Assembly (NCBI GenBank): GCA_964608465.1
Contig: CAZSNI010000001.1
Coordinates: 16,215 to 80,214, forward strand
Direction: 5' to 3'
Origin: an uncultured Candidatus Saccharibacteria bacterium
GTDB lineage: Bacteria; Patescibacteriota; Minisyncoccia; Phycocordibacterales; DATDWN01
Length of the DNA stretch: 64,000 nt
This document shows, piece by piece, positions 1 through 9,242 of the stretch. Within the stretch, counting starts at the first letter, position 1; every line of letters starts with the position of its first letter. Made by a program: the position numbers and the translations under genes. The notes under the pieces were generated by a model. The model was not told the DNA's origin. It searched no databases and saw only the letters and a program-made list of their open reading frames with translations.

Positions 1-572
1 TTAAACTCGATAACTGGGAAAATAGCTGGATCTGGTTCGAACATTACGATAGTTCCGTTCTTTTTAGTTGAGCCAACTTTTTTCACAAGTGCTTTTTTCT
101 TTCCTTGTGAATACTCTTGCATGTAAATACCATCGCCAGTTTTGTGAACAGTTACCTTACAGTAAATAGAAAGTGCGTTAACAACTGATGCTCCCACACC
201 GTGCAAACCTCCAGAAACTTTGTAGCCTCCGTCTTCGCCGCCGAATTTTCCTCCCGCGTGAAGTGTTGTCATGATAGTTTCAAGAGCTGAAACTTTTGTT
301 TGTTTGTGAATATCAACTGGGATACCTCGTCCGTTGTCAGTTACTCTGATTCTGTTACCAGGAAGAAGTGTAACTTCAATGTCGTTAGCAAAACCGCCCA
401 TGGCTTCGTCACGAGAGTTGTCAAAAATTTCCCAAATAAGGTGATGCAAACCATCTACACCCGTTGTGCCAATGTACATTCCAGGACGCTTTCTAACAGG
501 CTCAAGACCTTCTAGAATCTGTATCGCATCTGCACCGTAGCTATCTTTTTTCTTTCCTGTTTCCTTGGCCAT
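1..572 (-). CDS. gyrB: DNA gyrase subunit B, N-terminal ATPase part (partial, continues beyond window start)
   Basis: Minus-strand translation reads [60 protein letters not shown]...[17 protein letters not shown]. These are GHKL ATPase motifs typical of GyrB. ATG at 572. Confidence 0.8.
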   Translation of the reverse strand, partial: MAKETGKKKDSYGADAIQILEGLEPVRKRPGMYIGTTGVDGLHHLIWEIFDNSRDEAMGGFANDIEVTLLPGNRIRVTDNGRGIPVDIHKQTKVSALETIMTTLHAGGKFGGEDGGYKVSGGLHGVGASVVNALSIYCKVTVHKTGDGIYMQEYSQGKKKALVKKVGSTKKNGTIVMFEPDPAIFPVIEF

Positions 573-719
573 ATTTATTAGTTTTTTAGTTAATTTAACT
601 CGTAAATTATAGCAAATTTACCCTCTTACAACAAGCCGTTTTTTTGCTATTTTAATAGTTAAATATTACTTGACTTTTATACTATTTGGTGTTAATATAT
701 AAAACTTAGGAGGAAACAG

Positions 720-1046
720 ATGAAGGGTGTACGGTGTGGAGGTAAGTTCACCGGAAACCATACGACTCTGGTGCCCCTTGCAGAGATCGTGTGTGATATC
801 GCTAACGCGGTACCGGAAGTGACCAAAATCACTCCAGGGTTCATAAAGGCGGGACTGAAGTCGGTATCGGGACAACGTCGAGTAAAGTTTACCGACGAGA
901 CTCCTCATTGCATTTTTCTTTCTATCAGGGACAATGCATCACACCAGGAAGTGAGAGTGTACGTGACTGACATTCAGTCGGCACGCACAACAATCGCAAG
1001 ACGTCTGCGGGACCGAGCCATCACCATCAGGTTCACCAAAGACTAG
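720..1046 (+). CDS. hypothetical 108-aa protein in GC-rich cassette A
   Basis: Strong RBS taggaggaaacagATG. GC-rich codons contrast with the AT-rich flanks. Followed by a long GC hairpin terminator. Confidence 0.5.
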   Translation: MKGVRCGGKFTGNHTTLVPLAEIVCDIANAVPEVTKITPGFIKAGLKSVSGQRRVKFTDETPHCIFLSIRDNASHQEVRVYVTDIQSARTTIARRLRDRAITIRFTKD

Positions 1047-1048
1047 CA

Positions 1049-1098
1049 CCCCGACCGGGAGCCCCGCGCAATGCGCGGGGCTCGGTACGGGGTTTTTT
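1049..1098 (+). terminator. rho-independent terminator (long GC-rich hairpin + T6)
   Basis: ccccgaccgggagccccgcgcaATGcgcggggctcggtacgggg followed by tttttt. Confidence 0.7.
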
Positions 1099-1130
1099 GA
1101 TACAAAAAAATTTCCGCACTTGCATTGCGT

Positions 1131-1280
1131 CGAACTAACATGATTTCAGAGCATCCGCAGGCCGTGAGCATGGTTTCGTCAACGACTCTATGTAATAAGA
1201 GCTCATTGACGAATCACGACCGAGGACCAGAATAAAACTTTCGCAGGAAAGTTTTATGTCTCTGAAATCATGTTAGTTCG
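1131..1280. repeat. perfect 21-bp inverted repeat pair bracketing the sRNA-like element
   Basis: cgaactaacatgatttcagag (1131-1151) and ctctgaaatcatgttagttcg (1260-1280). Confidence 0.8.
1144..1258 (+). ncRNA. candidate structured sRNA, copy 1 (paralog of 29982-30085)
   Basis: tttcagagcatccgcaggccgtgagcatggtttcgtcaa...ttgacgaatcacgaccgaggaccag plus terminal hairpin aaaactttcgcaggaaagtttt. The motif is shared with the second locus and shows compensatory changes. Confidence 0.35.
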
Positions 1281-1287
1281 TAAGCTT

Positions 1288-3192
1288 TTACCTAATTTCA
1301 AAACCTGACTGAGCCTTAAGTGTCTCATACACCGGATTCATCACCGCATTTATTTCTTCCTCTGTTAAAGTTCTATCGTTTGCTTGGAAAACAAGTCTGA
1401 ATGCATATGAAGTTTTGTCTGCTTTCGTAAATTTATCAAACATAGAAAATCTCACCACGATATCTGTAAGTTTTTCTTTTATCAAACTCTCTACTGCTTC
1501 CCCACTTACTTCGTTTGGTACAAAGACCGCAACATCGCGCACTGCAAAAGGAAAAGCAGAAATAGTTTTGAACGCCAAAGACTTTTCATTTTTTACCCAA
1601 AGGTCTACTGGGTACTCCTCTACTGGCCCCAATTCTTTTGCGACTCTAGCAATATCAAATTCAGCAACACCGCCAACGACAGAAACATTTCCAACAGAAA
1701 CCCCAAGTCCTTCTTCTAGACCTTGAATTGTTTTTGCTATTTCTTCGTCTACACTTAGTTTCTTTGATTTTGGAAACTTAACTCCGAGACAAAGATGTAG
1801 TTCCTCGCCCTTTGCATTAAATACTTTTCCGATTTCAAAAAGTTTTACCTCACTCTCCCCTAACAAATCTAAATATTTGAAATTTCTTTCAAGAGACTCT
1901 TCCACAGCACCACTTAGGTGACTTCGAAGAAACTTTTTATCTCCAGAGAGAGGATTTTCTATTTCCACTTCCCCACTAGGTGTCATTGCGTATGTATAGA
2001 TTTCAGTAAATCCAAGACTTCCCAAAATTCTTCTTGTTTTCTCCGCAATAAATATTTCTTGGTTAACTTTTACTTTTGCAACAACTTCCAGTTTTGCAGG
2101 CTCGACATTTTCATATCCGAACAGTCTGCCGATTTCTTCTACAACATCTTCCTCGATTTTAATATCAAGTCTCTCAAGGGGTGCAGTTACTTTTACTTTG
2201 TCACTTTCTATTAACGCCTTAATATTTTGTCGTGCTAAAAGTTCTACTGCCTTGTCGCCTGATACAGAAACCCCCAGCATTTTAGAAACTTTATCTAGCG
2301 CAACAGTAACTGTCGTTTCTTTTTGTGGATTTTTGTTTAGGTCTACCATTCCTACCACTGTTCCCCCTGCTAGTTCAGTTATGTTTTGTACTGCATATGG
2401 TAAAACACGATCCATAAGACTTTGAGCTATTTCATTTTCAAATCTATATGAAGCATCTGTTCTGACACCCAAAGCTTTTGCAGTTTTTCGAATACTTACA
2501 GGATCAAAAGCAGAGAATGACAAAATAATATCCGTTGTTGTATCACTGACTCCACTATCTTTTCCTCCCATTACTCCCGCCACATCCAAAGGCTTGCTTC
2601 CATCTGCTATAACCATATGAGTAGTATCAAGAGTGTATTCTTTTGTATCTAGCAAAGTGATTTTCTCTCCCTTAGCAGCATCTCGAATATTAAACTCGTA
2701 TTGACCTTTTTTATTAGTAGATACTTTTGATGCATCGAATGCGTGCATTGGTTGGCCGAAAGCAAAAGTAAGATAGTTTGTCATATCTACTATGGCGTTA
2801 ATAGAACGTGAGCCTTGAGTCGCTAGTTTTTCTTTGAGCCACGCAGGACTTTCTGTAACTTTTACTCCTGTAACTAAAACGAACATCTGTCGTGAACAAC
2901 TTTTTGTACTTATGTTTAGATTGATTTTGTCTGTAACTGGAAGAGAAACTTTAGGAAGAAGTTCTTTTCTTTTTAGATTCAAAACACTAGCGACTTCAGA
3001 AGCAACGCCGTAGTGCGACAAACAGTCGTGCGCGCGGTTTGGAAGAATTTTTACGTCCATAATTTTGTCGTCTCCATGCTCTTCAACTCCCTCGATTTCA
3101 AAAGAATGCATAGTCAAAGCCTCCACCACAGTTTCTACTGCTGGTAGTTTATCTTCGATATATTCTTGTAACCAGTTATACGAAATTTTCAT
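1288..3192 (-). CDS. pheT: phenylalanine--tRNA ligase beta subunit
   Basis: 634 aa. N-terminal tRNA-binding region, B3/B4 and FDX-ACB-like C-terminus (MNPVYETLKAQSGFEIR). Immediately downstream of pheS. Confidence 0.9.
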   Translation of the reverse strand: MKISYNWLQEYIEDKLPAVETVVEALTMHSFEIEGVEEHGDDKIMDVKILPNRAHDCLSHYGVASEVASVLNLKRKELLPKVSLPVTDKINLNISTKSCSRQMFVLVTGVKVTESPAWLKEKLATQGSRSINAIVDMTNYLTFAFGQPMHAFDASKVSTNKKGQYEFNIRDAAKGEKITLLDTKEYTLDTTHMVIADGSKPLDVAGVMGGKDSGVSDTTTDIILSFSAFDPVSIRKTAKALGVRTDASYRFENEIAQSLMDRVLPYAVQNITELAGGTVVGMVDLNKNPQKETTVTVALDKVSKMLGVSVSGDKAVELLARQNIKALIESDKVKVTAPLERLDIKIEEDVVEEIGRLFGYENVEPAKLEVVAKVKVNQEIFIAEKTRRILGSLGFTEIYTYAMTPSGEVEIENPLSGDKKFLRSHLSGAVEESLERNFKYLDLLGESEVKLFEIGKVFNAKGEELHLCLGVKFPKSKKLSVDEEIAKTIQGLEEGLGVSVGNVSVVGGVAEFDIARVAKELGPVEEYPVDLWVKNEKSLAFKTISAFPFAVRDVAVFVPNEVSGEAVESLIKEKLTDIVVRFSMFDKFTKADKTSYAFRLVFQANDRTLTEEEINAVMNPVYETLKAQSGFEIR

Positions 3193-3193
3193 A

Positions 3194-3940
3194 TTAAAAT
3201 TGATTTACTAGACGAAGATCACCTTGATACAAAAGCCTCACATCATCCACTCCGTATTTAAGCATCACTAGTCTGTCTACTCCACAACCAAAGGCGAAAC
3301 CGGAGTACTTTTTACTATCTATCCCTGCGCTTTCCAAAACTTTTGGATGAACCAACCCCGCACCCATGATTTCAATATAACCTGTGCCCTTACAAACATT
3401 GCAAGAAGAGTTTTGTCCGCCACATTTGAAACATGTCATGTCTATCTCAACTCCAGGCTCAACGAATGGGAAATAACTTGGTCGCAAACGAATGCCAGTT
3501 TTCTTTCCAAATAATTTTTCGAAAAATTCTTCCAAAGTCCATTTTAGATTTGCGAGAGAAACGTTCTCACCCACGACTAGACCTTCTAGCTGGTAAAACT
3601 GAGCCTCGTGTGTAGCATCTGTTGCTTCGTGTCGGAACACCTTACCCGGTGCAATGATTTTTATAGGTGGCTTATTAGCCTCCATGAAGCGCACTTGCAC
3701 TGGTGAAGTGTGGGTTCTAAGTAGTTTTCGAGCGTTTAGTGGTTTCAGCCAAAAAGTATCCCACATGTCACGAGCTGGGTGGTGTTCCGGTATATTAAGT
3801 GTATCGAAATTATAAAACTCTGTCTCGACTTCTGGACCACCCGCTACCGTAAAACCCATTTCTGTAAAAATCCTGTTTACGTCTTGCAAAATAAGAGTAA
3901 GAGGGTGAATATGCGCCTCCTTTTTACCATCTTTTTCCAT
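3194..3940 (-). CDS. pheS: phenylalanine--tRNA ligase alpha subunit
   Basis: Class II aaRS core motifs (FPFVEPGVE, GAGLVHPKVL, GFAFGCGVDRL). Confidence 0.9.
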   Translation of the reverse strand: MEKDGKKEAHIHPLTLILQDVNRIFTEMGFTVAGGPEVETEFYNFDTLNIPEHHPARDMWDTFWLKPLNARKLLRTHTSPVQVRFMEANKPPIKIIAPGKVFRHEATDATHEAQFYQLEGLVVGENVSLANLKWTLEEFFEKLFGKKTGIRLRPSYFPFVEPGVEIDMTCFKCGGQNSSCNVCKGTGYIEIMGAGLVHPKVLESAGIDSKKYSGFAFGCGVDRLVMLKYGVDDVRLLYQGDLRLVNQF

Positions 3941-3963
3941 ATCACTTCATTGTAGCCCAAAGG

Positions 3964-3992
3964 TTGAAAAACATCCAGAAAAAGGCTAATAT
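3964..3992 (+). promoter_or_regulatory. putative sigma-70 promoter for the glycosyltransferase gene
   Basis: TTGAAA, 17-bp spacer, TAATAT. About 40 bp upstream of the ATG at 4032. Confidence 0.4.
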
Positions 3993-4031
3993 GTAACAAT
4001 AAAAGGCTCGTTGAGTCTACAATAAGATATA

Positions 4032-5288
4032 GTGAATATGAGTGACCTAAATAACTACATCACGTACTTTTTCCTATTCATCTCGCTTAACTTTGAGATT
4101 TTTCTACTTATAACTTATTTCGAAAACCGAAAGGAAATCAAAGCCGAATCAAAGGCACAGTCTAACGTAAAGCTGAAAAAATACCCTTCGGTTACTATTA
4201 TCGTACCTTGCTGGAACGAGCAAAACACAGTGTCTAAAACCGTGCATTCTCTACTTAACCTAGACTACCCTAAAGACAAACTGAAAATCATGGTGGTGGA
4301 CGACGGTAGTACTGACAACACTTGGCAAGCGGTCCAAAAGTTTGCAAATCACCCACAAATAGAACTTCACACAAAAGAGAACGGCGGAAAATATACAGCA
4401 CTAAATTATGGAATATCAAAACTAACCACTGACCTAGTGGGATGCCTTGATGCAGACTCATACGTACACAAAGATAGCATGAAAAAAATTGCTCTTTATT
4501 TTGAGGACAAAGAAACTATGGCAGTAGCGCCGTCTATCAAACTTTGGCAACCAAAAAATATCCTGCAACTATTACAGAAAGTAGAATACGGCTTTGGTAT
4601 CTTTACTAGAAAAATGTACCACTACATGAATGCTATCTACATTACTCCTGGGCCTTTTTCAATTTTCAGACGTGAAGTTTTTGAAAAACTAGGTGGATAC
4701 GAACACGCCCACAACACAGAAGACATCCAGATAGCTCTACGAATGCAGAAAAATGGCTTCAAAATCGCTCATGCTCACGAAGCGATAGTTTACACAGTTC
4801 CCCCGGAAACGGTTAAAAAACTTTTGAAACAAAGAGTTCGATGGTCCTATGGTTTTATTAAAAATGCCTATGATTTTCGAGATATGATTTTCAACAAAAA
4901 GTATGGAAATGTTGGAATGCTTATACTCCCAATGGCTTGTATTTCTATAATCTCGGTTTTATTTGTATCTAGTGTTTCTATTTACAGTATTATCAATGGA
5001 TTAGTAAACTGGTTCGTACGCGTACAAACTGTAGGTATAAGTCCCCACTTTAGTTTGCCTAATTTTGATCTATTCTATATAAACACAGAGCTTATTGCTA
5101 TTGTTGGTGTAGTAGTAGCAACAGGATCAATTCTTATGATACTTATGTCAAAGAGAATGTCTGAAAACAAATTTGATATTGGCCTAGACTTGATTTATTA
5201 CCTATCTTTATATATGTTTATTGCGCCACTATGGATTGGAAAGGCTGCTTGGAATGCGGTCTTCAGCGTAAAGACCACTTGGCGCTAG
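4032..5288 (+). CDS. family 2 glycosyltransferase, membrane-integrated (processive GT2-like)
   Basis: DDGSTDNT motif, QxxRW-like region (QRVRWSYG), N- and C-terminal TM segments. Confidence 0.8.
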   Translation: MNMSDLNNYITYFFLFISLNFEIFLLITYFENRKEIKAESKAQSNVKLKKYPSVTIIVPCWNEQNTVSKTVHSLLNLDYPKDKLKIMVVDDGSTDNTWQAVQKFANHPQIELHTKENGGKYTALNYGISKLTTDLVGCLDADSYVHKDSMKKIALYFEDKETMAVAPSIKLWQPKNILQLLQKVEYGFGIFTRKMYHYMNAIYITPGPFSIFRREVFEKLGGYEHAHNTEDIQIALRMQKNGFKIAHAHEAIVYTVPPETVKKLLKQRVRWSYGFIKNAYDFRDMIFNKKYGNVGMLILPMACISIISVLFVSSVSIYSIINGLVNWFVRVQTVGISPHFSLPNFDLFYINTELIAIVGVVVATGSILMILMSKRMSENKFDIGLDLIYYLSLYMFIAPLWIGKAAWNAVFSVKTTWR

Positions 5289-5300
5289 ACTCGTAAAATC

Positions 5301-5987
5301 ATGAAAAATATAGACTATAAAAAATACATATTCTCTTTTGTATTAACTTCACTTATTTTTGCTACAGCAATTTATCTGAGCAATTATTTTGGACAGAAAA
5401 AACTAGACGAAATAAGAAATATACAAGATAAAATTTCGATTGATATTCTGTCTTCAGAAACACAGTTTTCTCTTCTAGAGCAGTCTAGTTGTAAAGATAT
5501 TGACTCTGGTTCTCTTTCTACTGAACTCGGAAACTTGGAAGCAAAACTTACCTACACAGAAAACCAAAGAGGCACAGAAGATCCTGAGGTTCAAACACTT
5601 AAAAAATACTACTCCCTACTAGAAATTAAAGACTACTTACTAATGAATAAAATCAGTGAGAAGTGTAAAAAAACACCACTATCTATTATCTATTTCTATT
5701 CAAACAATGAAAGTTGCAAAGACTGTGAAAAAGAAGGTTATGTACTAACTAAACTAAGAGAAACCTACCCAGAACTCAGAGTCTACTCTTTCGACTATGA
5801 CATGGATGTATCTGCCGTACAGACCCTGATTTCCATCAACAAAGTCAAAAATGAGCTTCCTGCGATAGTTATAAAGGACCAAGTCTACTATGGTTTCCAA
5901 AGTATAGAAGATATAGAAAAAGCAGTTCCAGAGCTAAAAGTTTTGAAGGCAAAAGCAGAGTCTGCAACAAGCACAAAAACAAATTAG
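5301..5987 (+). CDS. hypothetical membrane-anchored protein with CKDC (CxxC) motif, possibly thioredoxin-like
   Basis: N-terminal TM helix. C-terminal part carries a CxxC motif. Confidence 0.45.
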   Translation: MKNIDYKKYIFSFVLTSLIFATAIYLSNYFGQKKLDEIRNIQDKISIDILSSETQFSLLEQSSCKDIDSGSLSTELGNLEAKLTYTENQRGTEDPEVQTLKKYYSLLEIKDYLLMNKISEKCKKTPLSIIYFYSNNESCKDCEKEGYVLTKLRETYPELRVYSFDYDMDVSAVQTLISINKVKNELPAIVIKDQVYYGFQSIEDIEKAVPELKVLKAKAESATSTKTN

Positions 5988-5989
5988 TT

Positions 5990-6829
5990 TTATAGAGTAT
6001 TTTTAAGAGACAACATTATTTCTTCTAGTCTCGCGTCATTAACTGGTGGCATAGACACCCCCAGACTTTTTGCCTTTTCCATTGAAAGCACGCAATTACT
6101 TCTACCTGTTTTTGTAACGCTCTTTTCTAGTTCTTCTGGAGTAATAAGTTCAAAATTATGTTCTGGATTTACATACTTTTTATATGCTTCTAAAATCTGT
6201 CCGTGCGTTACATAGCCCTCGTTAGTAAGATTTAGAACTCCTAGCGCTTTTTTATTTATTAAATGTTCAATTGCTGGATACATATCTTCTACCAGGGTAA
6301 CTGAGTTAGGAACCGAAATAACTTTAGTATAGGAAATAATTTTGTTTATAGTGTTTCGTGGATTCGACTTATATGAAATAGGCATGCGAAGTCTAAGGTA
6401 TAACACCGGCAACTCCTTAAGAGAATTTTCCAAAACTATTCTCATTCTAGAATAAAAACTTCCATTAAAATTGGGGACATCGTCTTCGGTGAACGGATGA
6501 TTCTCATCCCCGTCGTATACACACCCTGAAGATACCTGAATGGGATGTGCGCCAACCTCTATTGCAGACAACATTGCATTTATCGCCCCAGAAACATTTA
6601 CAGCAACTGTTTCCTGTTTGTGATCTTCACACCAGTCAATATTCGGATATGCCCTGACGCCAGCAAAGTTTATAACAACATCCGGCTTTGTTTTATTGAA
6701 CACTTCTCTTAGTTTAGGCAGGTCAGACACATCTACTCTTTCAGTAAAAACAGTGTGCCCCTTACTAACCAAGTATTCAGCCATTCCGGAACCCATAAAC
6801 CCACTTGCTCCAAGGATATAAATTTTCAT
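5990..6829 (-). CDS. NAD(P)-dependent sugar nucleotide reductase/epimerase, RmlD-like SDR
   Basis: MKIYILGASGFMGSG Rossmann motif. About 280 aa, typical of the dTDP-4-dehydrorhamnose reductase family. Confidence 0.6.
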   Translation of the reverse strand: MKIYILGASGFMGSGMAEYLVSKGHTVFTERVDVSDLPKLREVFNKTKPDVVINFAGVRAYPNIDWCEDHKQETVAVNVSGAINAMLSAIEVGAHPIQVSSGCVYDGDENHPFTEDDVPNFNGSFYSRMRIVLENSLKELPVLYLRLRMPISYKSNPRNTINKIISYTKVISVPNSVTLVEDMYPAIEHLINKKALGVLNLTNEGYVTHGQILEAYKKYVNPEHNFELITPEELEKSVTKTGRSNCVLSMEKAKSLGVSMPPVNDARLEEIMLSLKNTL

Positions 6830-6853
6830 ACTTATATATTACTTTATAAAAAC

Positions 6854-7261
6854 TTAATTAGAAAACGTTCTTTTCCTGCCTTTTCTACCCTTACCTTTAT
6901 TTAGGTTTCTAAAATTATTTGTAAGAGAGTGACAATTAGGGCAAAGCAGTCTTAAATTCTTTTCTGAATTATTTGTTGAATCTCCATCAATATGATCAAC
7001 TTCTAGGGGAACATTGCCAGTTATAGGATTTATTTTAGACCAACCACATTTTAAACACTTGTTATTATACTTTTCTAATAAATACTTCCTAATGTTACTT
7101 GAAATACCTTTATAAATAATTCCCCTACTACCATCAACATTTCCTTTTTTCCAGGAAATTATATATTTTTCATAACGCTTATCCATTTGGCACTTATTAG
7201 AACAAAACTTAACTTGTTTTCTACCTTCTAAAGTTTTATTACAATAGTAACAGTTGCCCAT
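6854..7261 (-). CDS. HNH endonuclease with N-terminal zinc ribbon
   Basis: CYYCN...CSNKC zinc finger, then HNH core DHIDGD...N...LLCPNCH. Confidence 0.7.
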   Translation of the reverse strand: MGNCYYCNKTLEGRKQVKFCSNKCQMDKRYEKYIISWKKGNVDGSRGIIYKGISSNIRKYLLEKYNNKCLKCGWSKINPITGNVPLEVDHIDGDSTNNSEKNLRLLCPNCHSLTNNFRNLNKGKGRKGRKRTFSN

Positions 7262-7359
7262 ATTCTAAGTATACCACATAATCATACATGAGTATGGTAT
7301 ACTCAATATTGATAGTTGAAATATATCTTCAATAATGTTAGATTATTATAGTTAAATTT

Positions 7360-7435
7360 GCCACCTTAGCTCAGTTGGTAGAGCAATTCTTTTGTAAAGA
7401 ATAGGTCGTCAGTTCGAGCCTGACAGGTGGCTCCA
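7360..7435 (+). tRNA. tRNA-Thr (anticodon TGT), CCA encoded
   Basis: GCCACCTTAGCTCAGTTGGTAGAGCAATTCTTTTGTAAAGAATAGGTCGTCAGTTCGAGCCTGACAGGTGGCTCCA. Cloverleaf folds by hand and the anticodon loop is TTTGTAA. Confidence 0.85.
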
Positions 7436-7437
7436 AT

Positions 7438-7465
7438 AAAAAATCCCCTAAAGGGGATTTTTTAC
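7438..7465. terminator. bidirectional rho-independent terminator
   Basis: aaatcccctaaaggggattttt with A/T tracts on both sides. Confidence 0.7.
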
Positions 7466-7821
7466 TTACTATCCTCAGACAATCTCTCTAAGAAAGATGA
7501 GACTGACCCGTCGTTCCTAAGTAGTCTTCTACCTCTAAACTCGTTACCAGCATTGTAGTACCGCTTAGCAACATAGTCCTTAGACTTTACTAAAAACTCA
7601 TACAAAAGTGATGGTAAAAAGTCAAAAACAAAAATATGTGCAACTTTTTTATAGTAGTTATATCGTAGCACTCCACCGTCTATAGCAGAGTTGATATATG
7701 CATCCCCTTTCTCGTAGATCCTTTCCAAAAAAGCCACCTTACCTACTTTATTTTCGAACGCTCTGAGTATTACCAAAGCGCTCAATATAGCAAAAGAACC
7801 TATAAATAATATAGTTTCCAT
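7462..7821 (-). CDS. hypothetical small membrane protein
   Basis: 119-aa ORF with an N-terminal hydrophobic helix. No recognisable family. Confidence 0.4.
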   Translation of the reverse strand: METILFIGSFAILSALVILRAFENKVGKVAFLERIYEKGDAYINSAIDGGVLRYNYYKKVAHIFVFDFLPSLLYEFLVKSKDYVAKRYYNAGNEFRGRRLLRNDGSVSSFLERLSEDSK

Positions 7822-7830
7822 ATATAGAAA

Positions 7831-8418
7831 TTATTGAGTAACAGAGTATCTCACAAAGCGAGATAGCTCGATTTTTTCTCCGAATTTCTGTGTTGCAGAC
7901 TCTAGTAGGTTCTTTATAGTAACGTCAGGGTTTTTAATAAAAGCTTGGTTAAGCAAAACTCTTTCACTCCAGTAAGAAGCAAGTTTTCCTTCAAGGATTT
8001 TAGCCTTCATATCTTCTGGCTTGCCTTCGACCTCTTTTAGGAACATTTCCTTTGCTAAATCATTTGAATGTTCATCTATATCTTCCGCTTTTAGAAACTG
8101 TGGATTTGTAGCTGTAGCATGCATAGCAATATCTCGCGCCAAAGCCTTAAATTCCTCGTTCTTTGCAACGAAATCTGTTTCGCATAGTAGTTCAAGCATA
8201 ACACCAACATTGCCAGTAGAATGCACGTATGTAGAAACCACGCCAGCCCCTAGAGTTCTGTCGCTTTTTTTAGAAGCAATATCTGCACTTTTCTTCATAA
8301 GTAGCATTGTTGCCTTCTCCATATCGCCGCCAGTTTCTTCTAGTGCCTTTTTGCACTGCATAACTGAAACTCCAGTTTTATCTCTTAGTTCCTTAACTAG
8401 TTCTGTTGTAATTTGCAT
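7831..8418 (-). CDS. tsf: elongation factor Ts
   Basis: MQITTELVKELRDKTGVSVMQCKKALEETGGDMEKA matches the EF-Ts N-terminal UBA-like signature. Confidence 0.9.
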   Translation of the reverse strand: MQITTELVKELRDKTGVSVMQCKKALEETGGDMEKATMLLMKKSADIASKKSDRTLGAGVVSTYVHSTGNVGVMLELLCETDFVAKNEEFKALARDIAMHATATNPQFLKAEDIDEHSNDLAKEMFLKEVEGKPEDMKAKILEGKLASYWSERVLLNQAFIKNPDVTIKNLLESATQKFGEKIELSRFVRYSVTQ

Positions 8419-8460
8419 AGTAAAAATGAATATAAAGAATAATCCCCGAACAAACTATAA

Positions 8461-9189
8461 TTATACAGTAGGAGTAACTTTTTTCAACTGCCCGTCTTTG
8501 TAACTTGCTGCAACTTGTTTTAAGAAAAACTCAATACTAGTTCTTGAAGAATCATTACCAGGAATAGGAAAATCAACGTCGTTTAGGTTGTTATCAGTAC
8601 CACACAGAGCGATAACTGGAATTCCCATAGTTTTTGCTTCCTTCAAAGCGATAGACTCTTTTTTACTGTCTATAATGAAAACAACATCTGGAAGTTTCTT
8701 CATAACTGAAAGACCGAAAAAGAATGTTCTAAGTTTTTCAATCTCTCTGTCGATAAGTAGTCTTTCTTTTTTAGTGTATTTTACAAGTTCTCCTTTTTCT
8801 TTTTGAGAAACCCATGATTCTAGTTTATCAACTCTCTTTTTGATCTCAGGGAAATTACTTAAAGTTCCTCCAATAAATCTACCGGCAACGTATGGCATAT
8901 TTATACTTTCAGCTACTGTTGTAATAGCAGCTTTTGCTTCACTTTTACCACTTATGAAAAGAATGTTTGCTCCTCGAGATCCAAGTTCAGATACGAAAGA
9001 AAGTGCTGAATGTAGAGAATCTTTTGTTTTTTCTAGATCGAAAATTTCAATATTGTTTTTAACTCCGAAAATAAATGGTTTTGTACTTGGGTGTCTTCTA
9101 GATTTGATGAAACCGAAGTGAGCACCAGCGTTAAATAGAGCGTCAACTACGCCATTTCCGCTATTTGAAGAATTATCTGTTTTTGTCAT
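8461..9189 (-). CDS. rpsB: 30S ribosomal protein S2
   Basis: HFGF...RRHP..KPFIFG and VAGRFIGGTLSNF motifs. In the rpsB-tsf arrangement. Confidence 0.9.
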   Translation of the reverse strand: MTKTDNSSNSGNGVVDALFNAGAHFGFIKSRRHPSTKPFIFGVKNNIEIFDLEKTKDSLHSALSFVSELGSRGANILFISGKSEAKAAITTVAESINMPYVAGRFIGGTLSNFPEIKKRVDKLESWVSQKEKGELVKYTKKERLLIDREIEKLRTFFFGLSVMKKLPDVVFIIDSKKESIALKEAKTMGIPVIALCGTDNNLNDVDFPIPGNDSSRTSIEFFLKQVAASYKDGQLKKVTPTV

Positions 9190-9242
9190 ATGTCAGGATA
9201 TCCTAGCAAAAACCCCCCATTTACGCAACCCTATGTGGGGCC

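Noticed and set aside
1415-2425. Plus-strand ORFs of 75-103 aa (1415-1726, 1918-2214, 2198-2425) inside pheT.
   Set aside because: They are antisense to a well-supported pheT gene, are low-complexity S/T/F-rich products, and have no SD.
9190-9242. Imperfect hairpin ccccccatttacgcaaccctatgtgggg between prfA and rpsB as an attenuator.
   Set aside because: The stem is short and imperfect and has no flanking T-tract. Not enough support.
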